From assembly GCA_031430855.1 (NCBI GenBank), contig JANPCG010000013.1:182893-246892 (forward strand): a stretch of DNA of 64,000 nt, in the 5' to 3' direction. The notes beneath the pieces are model-generated. The model was given only the letters and a program-made list of their open reading frames with translations. It was not told the DNA's origin and searched no databases. The position numbers and the translations under genes are program-made. Shown one piece after another: positions 8,437-17,783 of this stretch (positions are counted from its first letter, which is position 1; each line of letters starts with the position of its first letter). The stretch comes from Candidatus Kaiserbacteria bacterium (GTDB lineage: Bacteria > Patescibacteriota > Minisyncoccia > Phycocordibacterales > UBA918).

Positions 8437-9417
8437 ATGGCCTGGATATTTCTCGCAACGGCTGGACAGTTCTTGAATGCGTTGGTGGCATTTTTAGATA
8501 AGTATATTGTCTCTGATGAGACTGCATTGCCAAAACCCTTTGTATACGCTTTTTACTCGTGTATTTTGACCGGGGGTTGGATTGTCATTTATCTGATTGG
8601 GTACATCCCCGGCTTACAAGCAATTGGGGTGCCGCATTTATCTAACGTAGTGACGCCGTCAATTCAAGTGGTGGCGATGGCATTCCTCTCAGCCTACACC
8701 TTTTTTATGGCCCTGGTCTCAATGTATTCAGCCTTGCGGAGTGCAGAAGCGGTCAATGTAATGCCAGTTATTGGAGTCATTTCAGCGATTTCATCTTTGG
8801 GAATGGTGTACTTATTTTTGGATGTAACGTTAGAACCAAATTTTATTTGGGGTATTATCGTATTGTCTTTGGGGACGCTCTTAGTTGCTCAAACATTACC
8901 CCAGATTGAAACAGTTATTCATGTCATTCACAGCGGGGTGTTCTTTGCGCTTCACTTTATTACCATGAAAGGACTTTTCCAGGAAACCAGTTTTGATGAT
9001 GGATTCTTTTGGTCTCGGCTTTGTTTTGTACTTTTCGCTTTGTCACTCTTGTTGGTTCCTACCTATTATAAAAAAATTCGAGAACAAACTGGAGCCACTA
9101 CCAAGAAAACCGGCTTTCTGGTCGTATCAACAAAGATTTTGGCTGGGGTGGCTGCGTTCATGATTCTTAAAGCAACAGATATGGGCGACGTTGCAGTGGT
9201 GCAGGCACTTGATGGGGTTAAGTTTGTATTTATTTTACTCATTTCTATATTCTTCGGAGCACTTTTACCTGATTCTGCAGTTGAACATGTTACCAAGCCA
9301 AGCGAAGTCATTCGGCGCGTTCTGTACGTTTGTGTGATTGTGGTGGGGTACTTTATTCTGTTTGGAAGTGTTGATTATTTAAACTTGTTTACACATGTAT
9401 ATGCGCCGAATTCGTAA
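8437..9417 (+). CDS. polytopic membrane protein (possibly DMT/EamA-like transporter)
   Basis: About 10 predicted hydrophobic helices, located between two glycosidase genes. Confidence 0.35.
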   Translation: MAWIFLATAGQFLNALVAFLDKYIVSDETALPKPFVYAFYSCILTGGWIVIYLIGYIPGLQAIGVPHLSNVVTPSIQVVAMAFLSAYTFFMALVSMYSALRSAEAVNVMPVIGVISAISSLGMVYLFLDVTLEPNFIWGIIVLSLGTLLVAQTLPQIETVIHVIHSGVFFALHFITMKGLFQETSFDDGFFWSRLCFVLFALSLLLVPTYYKKIREQTGATTKKTGFLVVSTKILAGVAAFMILKATDMGDVAVVQALDGVKFVFILLISIFFGALLPDSAVEHVTKPSEVIRRVLYVCVIVVGYFILFGSVDYLNLFTHVYAPNS

Positions 9418-10423
9418 GATACTATTGTGGCTGTTCATAATTTCGCTTATTCTTGTGGGTGTGGTGGCGTGGCTGGCGTATAAACCAGTACCAGAAACTA
9501 TTTCATACGGGATGTCGTTTAATACGGTCTATGCTCGCGAGCTGGGTCTTGATTGGAAAGAGACGTATGACGCAATTTTGCATGATTTAGGCGTTCGAAA
9601 GTTACGGTTAGCCGCTCACTGGCCGATGATTGAACCGGCTCGTGATGTCTATAATTTTGAAGAACTTGATTATCAAATTACTGAGGCAGAAAAGGTCGGA
9701 GCAACAGTGGTACTGGCCGTCGGGAGAAGACTGCCACGTTGGCCAGAGTGTCATGTGCCGGGATGGATTAAAGAACGCGCCTGGGAAGAACAAAAAACTG
9801 AAATTCGACAGTATATTGAAGTAGTCGTAAATCGCTACAAGACAAGTCCGGCCGTAGTGTATTGGCAGGTTGAAAATGAACCGTACTTAACCGTGTTCGC
9901 TTATGAACATTGCGGCGAGTTTGATGAAGCCTTTTTAACTGAAGAAGTAGCTCTTGTTAAATCACTTGATCCAACTCGTCCAACTCTAGTGACTGACAGC
10001 GGAAACTTGGGCACGTGGGCAGGCGCCTATCGTCATGGTGATGCCTTTGGAACGAGTGTGTATGTTCATTTTTGGAATCCTGAATTAGGTCAGTTCCGTA
10101 CGTTACTACCGCCATGGTTTTATCGTGCTAAAGAAAAGGTGATTGCGCTCTATTATGGAGAAAAACCCACCTTTTTAATTGAACTTTCGGCTGAGCCGTG
10201 GTTAGTTGCCCCGATTGTTGAGGTTCCTCTTGATGTGCAATATTCACGGATGAATGTAGAAAAATTTGAAGATATTTTGGAGTATGCGCGGAAAACACGT
10301 TACGAAACCCAATATTTGTGGGGAGCAGAGTGGTGGTATTGGTTACATCTAAAAAATGAATCAGCGATGTGGAATCGAGGTAAAGAATTATATGCGGGTA
10401 CAGCCCCTATGGTAGTCGAGTAG
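9395..10423 (+). CDS. membrane-anchored glycoside hydrolase, clan GH-A (family uncertain, GH5/GH42-like)
   Basis: N-terminal TM helix. Contains WQVENEPYL (NEP acid/base motif of clan-A TIM-barrel glycosidases). Confidence 0.5.
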   Translation: MYMRRIRKILLWLFIISLILVGVVAWLAYKPVPETISYGMSFNTVYARELGLDWKETYDAILHDLGVRKLRLAAHWPMIEPARDVYNFEELDYQITEAEKVGATVVLAVGRRLPRWPECHVPGWIKERAWEEQKTEIRQYIEVVVNRYKTSPAVVYWQVENEPYLTVFAYEHCGEFDEAFLTEEVALVKSLDPTRPTLVTDSGNLGTWAGAYRHGDAFGTSVYVHFWNPELGQFRTLLPPWFYRAKEKVIALYYGEKPTFLIELSAEPWLVAPIVEVPLDVQYSRMNVEKFEDILEYARKTRYETQYLWGAEWWYWLHLKNESAMWNRGKELYAGTAPMVVE

Positions 10424-10426
10424 CCT

Positions 10427-10750
10427 ATGAAAAAAACGTTTATTACTGCAACAAAAAAAGGACAAGCCATTGCCTATGATACGCTCGGATCAGTGGAGGG
10501 GATGGTAACAAAAACAACGACGACGGTTGATTCATATATTGCGCCTGTGCGAACTTCTGTCCTCAAGCGCTACCCTGTTTTATTCTCACTTCTCGTAACA
10601 TTTGGGGTAGCGATGACGTTTTTGGGATTCGAGAAACTGATTACTCAGATTGCCTTTTTAGATAACCACCCACTTGTGTTGTTGATAGGAGGAATCACGA
10701 TTCTGGCGCTTACTGGTACACTTTATAAGAAGCTCAATAAAGCGGTATGA
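10427..10750 (+). CDS. small membrane protein, hypothetical
   Basis: Two predicted TM helices in the C-terminal half. Confidence 0.35.
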   Translation: MKKTFITATKKGQAIAYDTLGSVEGMVTKTTTTVDSYIAPVRTSVLKRYPVLFSLLVTFGVAMTFLGFEKLITQIAFLDNHPLVLLIGGITILALTGTLYKKLNKAV

Positions 10751-11058
10751 CTTTTTGGCATTTTGTTTTTTCATTTCTTTATATTCGTAACTGGCACACT
10801 GGGGTTCGTGAACTGTCGCGACCGCGGGTGGCTCTCTTTGCAGCCGGAATATTTTTAGTGTTATTAGCGCTGACACTCATCAGTTTTTTGCAGGCGCCTG
10901 TTTTCTACGAATCATAATGTATGCACTCTTTGGCTTTTATGGTGGGTTGTTTAATTAGCGCACTGGGGTTTGTTGTGGGTACTTTTTTACTTCTGCAGTA
11001 CTATTTGTAATAGTCAATTTGATTGAATTATTGTCAAAATTAAGACATAATACAAGAT

Positions 11059-12159
11059 ATGTTAAAAATTATTCTGGCGGTTGTGCTTTGTGTCATGCCG
11101 TTACAGTTTGCCGCAGCAGAAACGATTGTTCGGACAGGCGAATCAGTAAATCTGGCACAAAACCAAACCGTTGAGGGTGATTTCTATGGTGTCGGCAGTA
11201 CCATTGCGCTCTCTGGCGCCGTTAATGGTGATGCTCATGTTGTCGGTGGAACGGTAACTGTAAACGGCCCCGTGAGTGAAGATCTCTTTATTATTGGAGG
11301 AACAGTGAATATCAGCGCGCCAATTAATGATGATGTTCGAATTATTTCGGGTGACGTTACTATTTCGCAACCGATTATGGGTAGTTTAGTAGTGCTCTCG
11401 GGGCGACTCAATGTTCTTTCTACTGCCTCGGTTGGTGGCGATATTCTTTTCTATGGTGGAGATGCAACGATTGAGGGAGAAGTCAGTGGTCAAATTCTTG
11501 GTAACGCCGAGCGAATACGTGTTGATGGTGTTGTTAAGGGCGGTGTTGACGTAACAACCCCATTCCTTACACTTGGTGATCGAGCCGATATTACAGGGGA
11601 TGTTCGGTATGAGAGTCAGGTTGAACTGACTCGGAGTACGGGTGCCGTTGTTACTGGTTCTGTTCTCAAAAATGATGTCCAGCAAACGACGACTGTCTCA
11701 AGTGAACTTCGAACGCTGGTGGTGATGTTTTTAATTTCATTGTTTGCAACCCTCTCGTTGTATCTCTTGTTCCGTAAGCGAGTTGAGGCACTCGGTGCTG
11801 CGTCCTTAGAGCGGACAGGCTTTAAGGCTTTCATTGGGTTCGCTGCCCTGATTGTTACTCCGTTTGCAGTCGTCATTCTGTTAGTAAGCATGCTCGGAAC
11901 CGTTGTTGGTTTAATTGGTTTAGCTTCTTTTATTCTCCTTCTCCTACTTTCAATGGCACTCATGAGTGTGGTGGTTGGGAGTTTTTTAGCGCTTGTGGTT
12001 ACCAAAAAACCTTCAGTAAATATTGTAACGATTCTAGGTGGGGCAGCTGCGTTACATGTCGTTCTTTTTATTCCGGTGATTGGACCGATGATTATGCTGG
12101 CTGTATTTTTTATTACGATGGGAACCCTAGTCTTGCGCGGCTATCAAGCGGTGCGTTAA
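11059..12159 (+). CDS. secreted beta-helix repeat (bactofilin/polymer-forming-like) protein with C-terminal polytopic membrane domain
   Basis: Signal peptide followed by repeated GGTV/GDV..I..P motifs (about eight beta-helix rungs), then four hydrophobic helices. Confidence 0.4.
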   Translation: MLKIILAVVLCVMPLQFAAAETIVRTGESVNLAQNQTVEGDFYGVGSTIALSGAVNGDAHVVGGTVTVNGPVSEDLFIIGGTVNISAPINDDVRIISGDVTISQPIMGSLVVLSGRLNVLSTASVGGDILFYGGDATIEGEVSGQILGNAERIRVDGVVKGGVDVTTPFLTLGDRADITGDVRYESQVELTRSTGAVVTGSVLKNDVQQTTTVSSELRTLVVMFLISLFATLSLYLLFRKRVEALGAASLERTGFKAFIGFAALIVTPFAVVILLVSMLGTVVGLIGLASFILLLLLSMALMSVVVGSFLALVVTKKPSVNIVTILGGAAALHVVLFIPVIGPMIMLAVFFITMGTLVLRGYQAVR

Positions 12160-12235
12160 AATTCGCGCTTAATTAGCACTCATATCATTATTTCGTCAAG
12201 CCACCGAGGCTCTGTCGAAATGGTAGAATAGGCCC

Positions 12236-13141
12236 ATGATTCATGCTTTCTGGTTAGTGGTACAAGACTTATTCTGGTTTGCTCTCGGGCGAGAGAAAAA
12301 TGTAATATTTAGTACACCGATGGCGTCTCTACCGCCGCGCCTGCCGGTGGCGAGTTTAGCGGAACCGCTCGCGCCAGTATTGTTACCACAAACGACTCCG
12401 AAGGTAAGTAAAAAGATTTCTCGCGTGTCTGAAATCGAAGTACCAATCACAAAAAAAATTGAAACACCAAGCGACGCTCCACATCCCTTACATGAGCCGA
12501 CGGTCATGTACGTGAGTAATCAGGCAGGCACGCCGTGTCTGAACACTCCGAGTTTTGAGTTTGATGCTGTTATATTGATTATACCGTATGGTGCTGCCGT
12601 GACGGTTGCTACATACAATGGTCGGTATGCGCGAGTGCTTCACGGTAAAGTGACTGGGTGGGTATTTAAAGACGACCTTACGCCGCAGAAAAATACCGTG
12701 TGGCCGGAACTCAAAGAGTGGATGCTCTACCAAGCAGAATCCCCTGAGGTCGAAAAAATCCGTGCCCTTATTGGTGACAATTTCGGGGGTACGAGCCTCG
12801 GGTTACCGCTACAGGGAGCGGAATATATTGCTTTGCGCTTAAAGACTGAAAATCGACTCATTGCCTGGCCGGAAAATCGACCACGGGTACCGGGGAGTTG
12901 GCAGTCAATTCTGAAGGGGGTGGCCGGTATACACAGCACGATACAACCACGGACTGGCTCAGTTATGGAATGGCAAACTGAGTCGGATGGTGGACGCCTG
13001 GCGTACGTTGAGGTAGTGGGGCCTGATAACACTATTACCGTATCGTGTGTCGGATTAATTATGGCTGGGCAATACACAAAACAAGTATGGACTGTCAGCG
13101 AATGGCGTGAATTACGTCCTGTTTTTATCGAAGTGACCTAA
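12236..13141 (+). CDS. SH3b-domain protein, hypothetical
   Basis: PYGAAVTVATYNGRYARVLHGKVTGWVFKDDL resembles a bacterial SH3 domain. C-terminal domain is unassigned. The true start may be the Met at about 12322. Confidence 0.35.
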   Translation: MIHAFWLVVQDLFWFALGREKNVIFSTPMASLPPRLPVASLAEPLAPVLLPQTTPKVSKKISRVSEIEVPITKKIETPSDAPHPLHEPTVMYVSNQAGTPCLNTPSFEFDAVILIIPYGAAVTVATYNGRYARVLHGKVTGWVFKDDLTPQKNTVWPELKEWMLYQAESPEVEKIRALIGDNFGGTSLGLPLQGAEYIALRLKTENRLIAWPENRPRVPGSWQSILKGVAGIHSTIQPRTGSVMEWQTESDGGRLAYVEVVGPDNTITVSCVGLIMAGQYTKQVWTVSEWRELRPVFIEVT

Positions 13142-13167
13142 AGGTTTTCTTTGGTATACTAGTACGT

Positions 13168-13854
13168 ATGCAGCCAGTCGCCTTCTTTGATATTGATGGA
13201 ACCGTTTTTCGTTCAAGTCTACTCATTGAGTTAGTTGACGCGTTGGTTCATGAGAGTGTTTTTCCACCCGAGGCGCGTGATGAGTATCATGAAGCCTTTA
13301 CGAAGTGGCGAGACCGGGAAGGAAGTTACGAAGATTATATTGAAGCAGTGGTTGTGTCCTACATGAGCTACATCAAAGGGGTGCACTATGGTACTTTCGC
13401 AGACATTGGGAAGCGGGTCGTGGCAGTTCATAGTAAACGTGTTTATCGCTATACCCGTGATCTGCTTGTAGATTTAAAAGCCGAAGGGTACTACATTGTT
13501 GCGATATCGCAGTCGCCTAAAACCATTCTTGATGTGTTTTGTACTGAGTATGGTTTTGATAAAGTGTATGGTCGAATCTATGAAATTGGACCACAAGACC
13601 GCTTTACCGGAGTAATGACAGATGTGCATCTTATAGAAAATAAAGCCACGATTGTAAAGCGGGTATTTGAGCATAATCCCAACCTCACGTCGAAAGACTC
13701 GATTGCTGTGGGAGATACGGATGGAGATATTTCTCTCTTGGAGGCAGTAGAGCGTCCGATATGCTTTAATCCAAACGAAACTCTTTACAAGATTGCCATG
13801 AGAAACAAATGGGAAGTTGTCGTTGAACGAAAAGACGTAATTTATCATTTGTAA
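13168..13854 (+). CDS. HAD-superfamily hydrolase (subfamily IB, phosphoserine phosphatase-like)
   Basis: FFDIDGTVF motif I, plus GDTDGD near the C-terminus (motif IV). Confidence 0.7.
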   Translation: MQPVAFFDIDGTVFRSSLLIELVDALVHESVFPPEARDEYHEAFTKWRDREGSYEDYIEAVVVSYMSYIKGVHYGTFADIGKRVVAVHSKRVYRYTRDLLVDLKAEGYYIVAISQSPKTILDVFCTEYGFDKVYGRIYEIGPQDRFTGVMTDVHLIENKATIVKRVFEHNPNLTSKDSIAVGDTDGDISLLEAVERPICFNPNETLYKIAMRNKWEVVVERKDVIYHL

Positions 13855-13861
13855 AAATTGT

Positions 13862-14080
13862 ATGACTAAAAAAAATTTGCACCGAGATGAAGAAACTGCG
13901 TTGGTGGCTGGAGTACTCGGTGGTCTCGCTAAATACTTTGATCAAGATCCAACCTTATTCCGTTTAGCTGCGGTAGTATTTATTGTACTGACGGGAGTTT
14001 TCCCGGGAGTTTTGGTCTATCTCTTGGCCTGGTTTGTGGTTCCTAAACCACCCAAAGCAGATTATATTATCGTGGAGTAA
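13862..14080 (+). CDS. PspC-domain protein
   Basis: LHRDEETALVAGVLGGLAKYFDQDPTLFRLAAVVF followed by a TM helix. Matches the PspC pattern. Confidence 0.7.
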   Translation: MTKKNLHRDEETALVAGVLGGLAKYFDQDPTLFRLAAVVFIVLTGVFPGVLVYLLAWFVVPKPPKADYIIVE

Positions 14081-14082
14081 CT

Positions 14083-15444
14083 ATGGTTGATTCAAGGCGT
14101 GTACGCGAAAAAAATAATAAGCCAGCCCTCCCCGGCCCCGTGGTGTACTGGATGCAGCGCGATCAGCGCGTTCAGGATAACTGGGCTTTGTTGTATGCTG
14201 CAGAAGAGGCTAGAAAATACCAAGTGCCGCTTCTGGTTGTGTTTAATCTGGTTCCGCGCTTTGGAGACACGACATTGCGTCACTATGATTTTATGTTTCG
14301 TGGTTTGAGTGAAGTAGAAGACGAACTCCGTGCTCTCGATATTCCTTTTTATCTCCTACAGGGGAAACCAGAGGTAACATTGTCTGACTTTGTAGCGAAA
14401 CATCAAGTCGGCCAAGTAGTGTGTGATTTTAATCCACTGCGATTTACCGATGATTGGCGGGTTAGGGTTGGTGCTACTATTACCGTGCGATTATGTGAGG
14501 TTGATGCGCACAATATTATTCCGGCGTGGATTGCGAGTCCTAAACTTGAATTCGCCGCATATACACTCAGGCCAAAAATCCACCGGCTCTTACCCGAATT
14601 TTTGACGAAGTTTAGAATGCTTGAAAAGCAGACTGTTCCTGCTACGCTATCTTCTCAAATTGATTGGGAAGGTCTCATCAATGAAGTAGTTACCGATCGC
14701 ACGGTTGCAATAGTTGACTGGCTGGTGCCGGGATCAATCGCGGCGAAGAAAAACCTCGGGATTTTTTGTGCGGAACGACTCGATGCTTATGCTGAAAAGC
14801 GAAATGACCCGACGCTTAATTTTCTTTCGCACCTGTCGCCCTACCTTCATTTTGGTCAATTGAGTGCACAGCGAGTGGCGTTAACCGTCAGTGGTGCTGT
14901 AGCTTCAAAACCATCCCGGGACGCGTACTTAGAGGAGTTGATTGTGCGACGTGAGTTAGCTGATAATTTCTGTTTCTATAATTCTGATTATGATACGGTT
15001 CCGGGAGCTCACGCGTGGGCACAGAAGACAATTTCCGAGCATGCGGATGATAAGCGCGAGTACGTGTACACCGCCCTAGAATTTGAGCAAGCGCAAACCC
15101 ATGATGAGTTATGGAATGCTGCGCAAAGAGAAATGGTTACGACCGGGAAAATGCACGGGTTTATGCGTATGTACTGGGCGAAGAAAATACTTGAATGGAC
15201 CCCTGATGCACAGACTGCGATTACTTCAGCTCTTTATTTAAATGATAAATACTCCCTTGATGGGAGTGATCCAAATGGTGTTACGGGGGTGATGTGGTCA
15301 ATTTGTGGAGTACACGATCGTGCGTGGAATGAGCGTCCAGTGTTTGGAAAAATCCGCTATATGAATTATAACGGCTGTAAACGAAAGTTTGATATTGCTG
15401 CGTATATGGAAAAATTTAGCGAAGAACCAAATCTTTTTGTATGA
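14083..15444 (+). CDS. phr: deoxyribodipyrimidine photolyase (class II CPD photolyase-like)
   Basis: N-terminal VYWMQRDQRVQDNWAL motif, FAD-binding C-terminal domain, W-rich. Confidence 0.8.
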   Translation: MVDSRRVREKNNKPALPGPVVYWMQRDQRVQDNWALLYAAEEARKYQVPLLVVFNLVPRFGDTTLRHYDFMFRGLSEVEDELRALDIPFYLLQGKPEVTLSDFVAKHQVGQVVCDFNPLRFTDDWRVRVGATITVRLCEVDAHNIIPAWIASPKLEFAAYTLRPKIHRLLPEFLTKFRMLEKQTVPATLSSQIDWEGLINEVVTDRTVAIVDWLVPGSIAAKKNLGIFCAERLDAYAEKRNDPTLNFLSHLSPYLHFGQLSAQRVALTVSGAVASKPSRDAYLEELIVRRELADNFCFYNSDYDTVPGAHAWAQKTISEHADDKREYVYTALEFEQAQTHDELWNAAQREMVTTGKMHGFMRMYWAKKILEWTPDAQTAITSALYLNDKYSLDGSDPNGVTGVMWSICGVHDRAWNERPVFGKIRYMNYNGCKRKFDIAAYMEKFSEEPNLFV

Positions 15445-16262
15445 CGCAGGTAGATGAGGTCTTTATTCAAACTGTCCGTGACTATCATCAAAATCATGGT
15501 CGTCATAGCTTGCCTTGGCGAAAGACTCATAATCCGTATCGCATTCTCGTCTCAGAGATTATGCTCCAGCAGACGCAGGTTGAACGAGTAATTCCCAAGT
15601 ACCAGGAATTTTTGAAGCGTTTTCCGACTGTCTCTACGCTCGCTGAGGGGACGCTTGGTGAAGTGCTTATTTTGTGGCAGGGTTTAGGCTATAATCGCCG
15701 CGCCAAGCACTTGTATGAGACGGCTCAAGCAATTGTGACCATACATAAAGGGGTGTGGCCTAAATCGTACGAGGCCATGCTCACTCTTCCGGGGGTTGGG
15801 CCATACACCGCAGGGGCAGTCTGTGCGTTTGCATTTAATACTCCTGTTCCCGTTGTCGAAACTAATATCCGGACGGTGTACATTCATCACTATTTTCCTT
15901 ATACAGAGGCTGTTACTGATACCATGCTTATGCCGATTATTGCTCGCACTCTAAATACGGACAATCCGCGGCTGTGGTACGCAGCGTTGATGGATTATGG
16001 AAGTCATCTTAAGGCGACGATTGGAAACAAAAGTCGACAGAGTCGTCACCATACAAAACAATCGTCCTTCAAAGGGAGTGATCGTTTTATTAGAGGGTCA
16101 ATACTACGACAGCTTGCTCATGTCAAAATTGGATTGACGAAACAAGGTCTCTGCAGTGTTCTTATGGGAACTGAGCGTGAACGTGTGGTATTACAGCTAG
16201 GGAAATTATTAAACGAAGGTTTGGTTTCTAAACAGGGAAGTCGTTACCGTCTCCCTATCTAG
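15441..16262 (+). CDS. HhH-GPD base-excision DNA glycosylase (MutY/Nth-like, lacking Fe-S cysteines)
   Basis: ILVSEIMLQQTQV, LWQGLGYNRRA and LPGVGPYTAGAV (HhH-GPD) motifs. No Cx6Cx2Cx5C cluster. Overlaps the photolyase stop by 4 bp. Confidence 0.7.
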   Translation: MTQVDEVFIQTVRDYHQNHGRHSLPWRKTHNPYRILVSEIMLQQTQVERVIPKYQEFLKRFPTVSTLAEGTLGEVLILWQGLGYNRRAKHLYETAQAIVTIHKGVWPKSYEAMLTLPGVGPYTAGAVCAFAFNTPVPVVETNIRTVYIHHYFPYTEAVTDTMLMPIIARTLNTDNPRLWYAALMDYGSHLKATIGNKSRQSRHHTKQSSFKGSDRFIRGSILRQLAHVKIGLTKQGLCSVLMGTERERVVLQLGKLLNEGLVSKQGSRYRLPI

Positions 16263-17454
16263 TGTCGTGTAAAAAGAGGCTCAAAAAGATACCAATAGTC
16301 ATAGTTGCAGCAAGAACCAAAAATGCCAGGTGAAACGGAAGGACGAGTAGTGCCGCGCTCCCTAAGAGTGCCCCGAGGACTGACCCTAAGGGACGCATAA
16401 GACGAAATAGACTAATGACCGCCGCGTCAGACCCGCTAACTTTTTTGAAGAAATAACTCTCGGTCGTCACCTCTACCATGCTGGCCCCAAATCGACTGAT
16501 AAACATGAGGGTCATCCATACCCAGGTTGCGGCGGCACCGACGGCGGTCACTCCGGCCATGGTGAGGGCTAGAACGAGAAAGCCTAGCGCCATCATTTCT
16601 TTTTCACCAATGTAATCATCAGCGAGGATGCCGACCGGATATTCAAAAATAACATACGCAAAGAGGCCGGCCGCTATAATCGTTCCGACCGCTGTCCAAG
16701 ATAAGCCAACTACACTTACCAGGTACAGAGGGATAAAGACGACGGTCCAGGTAAAAAATACCTGCAGCAGAAAATGCGTAGAGAGTACAATGCGTAAATC
16801 GTACTGTGTCCAGGCTGTTTTGAGCAGGGTCCGAACTTTAACCACGCTGTACGCTGGGTCATAAAAATTCCGAAAAATGGCAATAATGATGACAATAAAG
16901 ATTAATCCAACCATTTGAGCAAGCCAAAAAACCGGGATTAAATTCCCGCTCTCTCCCGCGAGGATACTGATAGAGAGGGGGGCCAAGAGGGCAGCGACGC
17001 TCATGAGGGCGAGGGCGAGACCTCGTTTATGTCCGGTACCCGCCTCGTTCTTGCCAATCAAGGTTTCCGAGAACACATCAATATGAAGATATAAAAGGGG
17101 ATTAATGACGAGGAAAAGAAGGAGTGCAGCAATCGTAATTGTCGGGCTAAAACCAGCACTAAAAACGGAGAGGGTGGCGAGAGAGGCGGCCATTAAAACG
17201 ATACTCATAGTCACGTTACCCCACACGCGAAGGAGGTACGGAATAGTCAAAAAAACCATAATTGATCCAGCTGCGCCAAGCGCGTAGAGGATGCCGACCG
17301 TACTCGGTTGTACAAATTGTTCAATAAATGTCGGTGCGCTGTATCCTACCAGTAGAGCCTGAAAGTTAAATACTACGGCGATGAGGTAGACAAACCAAAA
17401 GTGAATGGATACACACGGGGGATTGACGCAAATGGCACGCGGGCGAAAGAACAT
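16255..17454 (-). CDS. MFS-type transporter
   Basis: About 12 TM helices in a 6+6 layout typical of the major facilitator superfamily. Confidence 0.55.
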   Translation of the reverse strand: MFFRPRAICVNPPCVSIHFWFVYLIAVVFNFQALLVGYSAPTFIEQFVQPSTVGILYALGAAGSIMVFLTIPYLLRVWGNVTMSIVLMAASLATLSVFSAGFSPTITIAALLLFLVINPLLYLHIDVFSETLIGKNEAGTGHKRGLALALMSVAALLAPLSISILAGESGNLIPVFWLAQMVGLIFIVIIIAIFRNFYDPAYSVVKVRTLLKTAWTQYDLRIVLSTHFLLQVFFTWTVVFIPLYLVSVVGLSWTAVGTIIAAGLFAYVIFEYPVGILADDYIGEKEMMALGFLVLALTMAGVTAVGAAATWVWMTLMFISRFGASMVEVTTESYFFKKVSGSDAAVISLFRLMRPLGSVLGALLGSAALLVLPFHLAFLVLAATMTIGIFLSLFLHDTR

Positions 17455-17783
17455 GGTGTCTCTAGTGTACTAGATTTTCCCCTCCCTAGAGCGTGGTCTT
17501 TGTGGAGAGTTGTTGACTTACCACAAAAAATCACCAAAGCAAAAGCACCCCTAAGGGTGCTTTTGCCAGTTGTAGAAACTGTTCCATAAAAAGTATCAGA
17601 TGCTAGGCATGAGAAGTGACCAAATGTCACTTCGCAAGACTCATTGAGTTAGTTTGTGAGTATGGACGAAACAGAATAACCAATGAGTTTAAGAGTGAGT
17701 TGGCGAGGCGTACTAAACGTACGATGAGGCGGCTTGCGATAGTTCCAACAACGCAAATGATGTCTTTTTGGGACAGCTGTCTG

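Noticed and set aside
12165-12200. TTAGCACTC (first half of canonical CIRCE) in the 12160-12235 intergenic region
   Set aside because: No matching GAGTGCTAA half-site 9 nt downstream, so it is a chance 9-mer.
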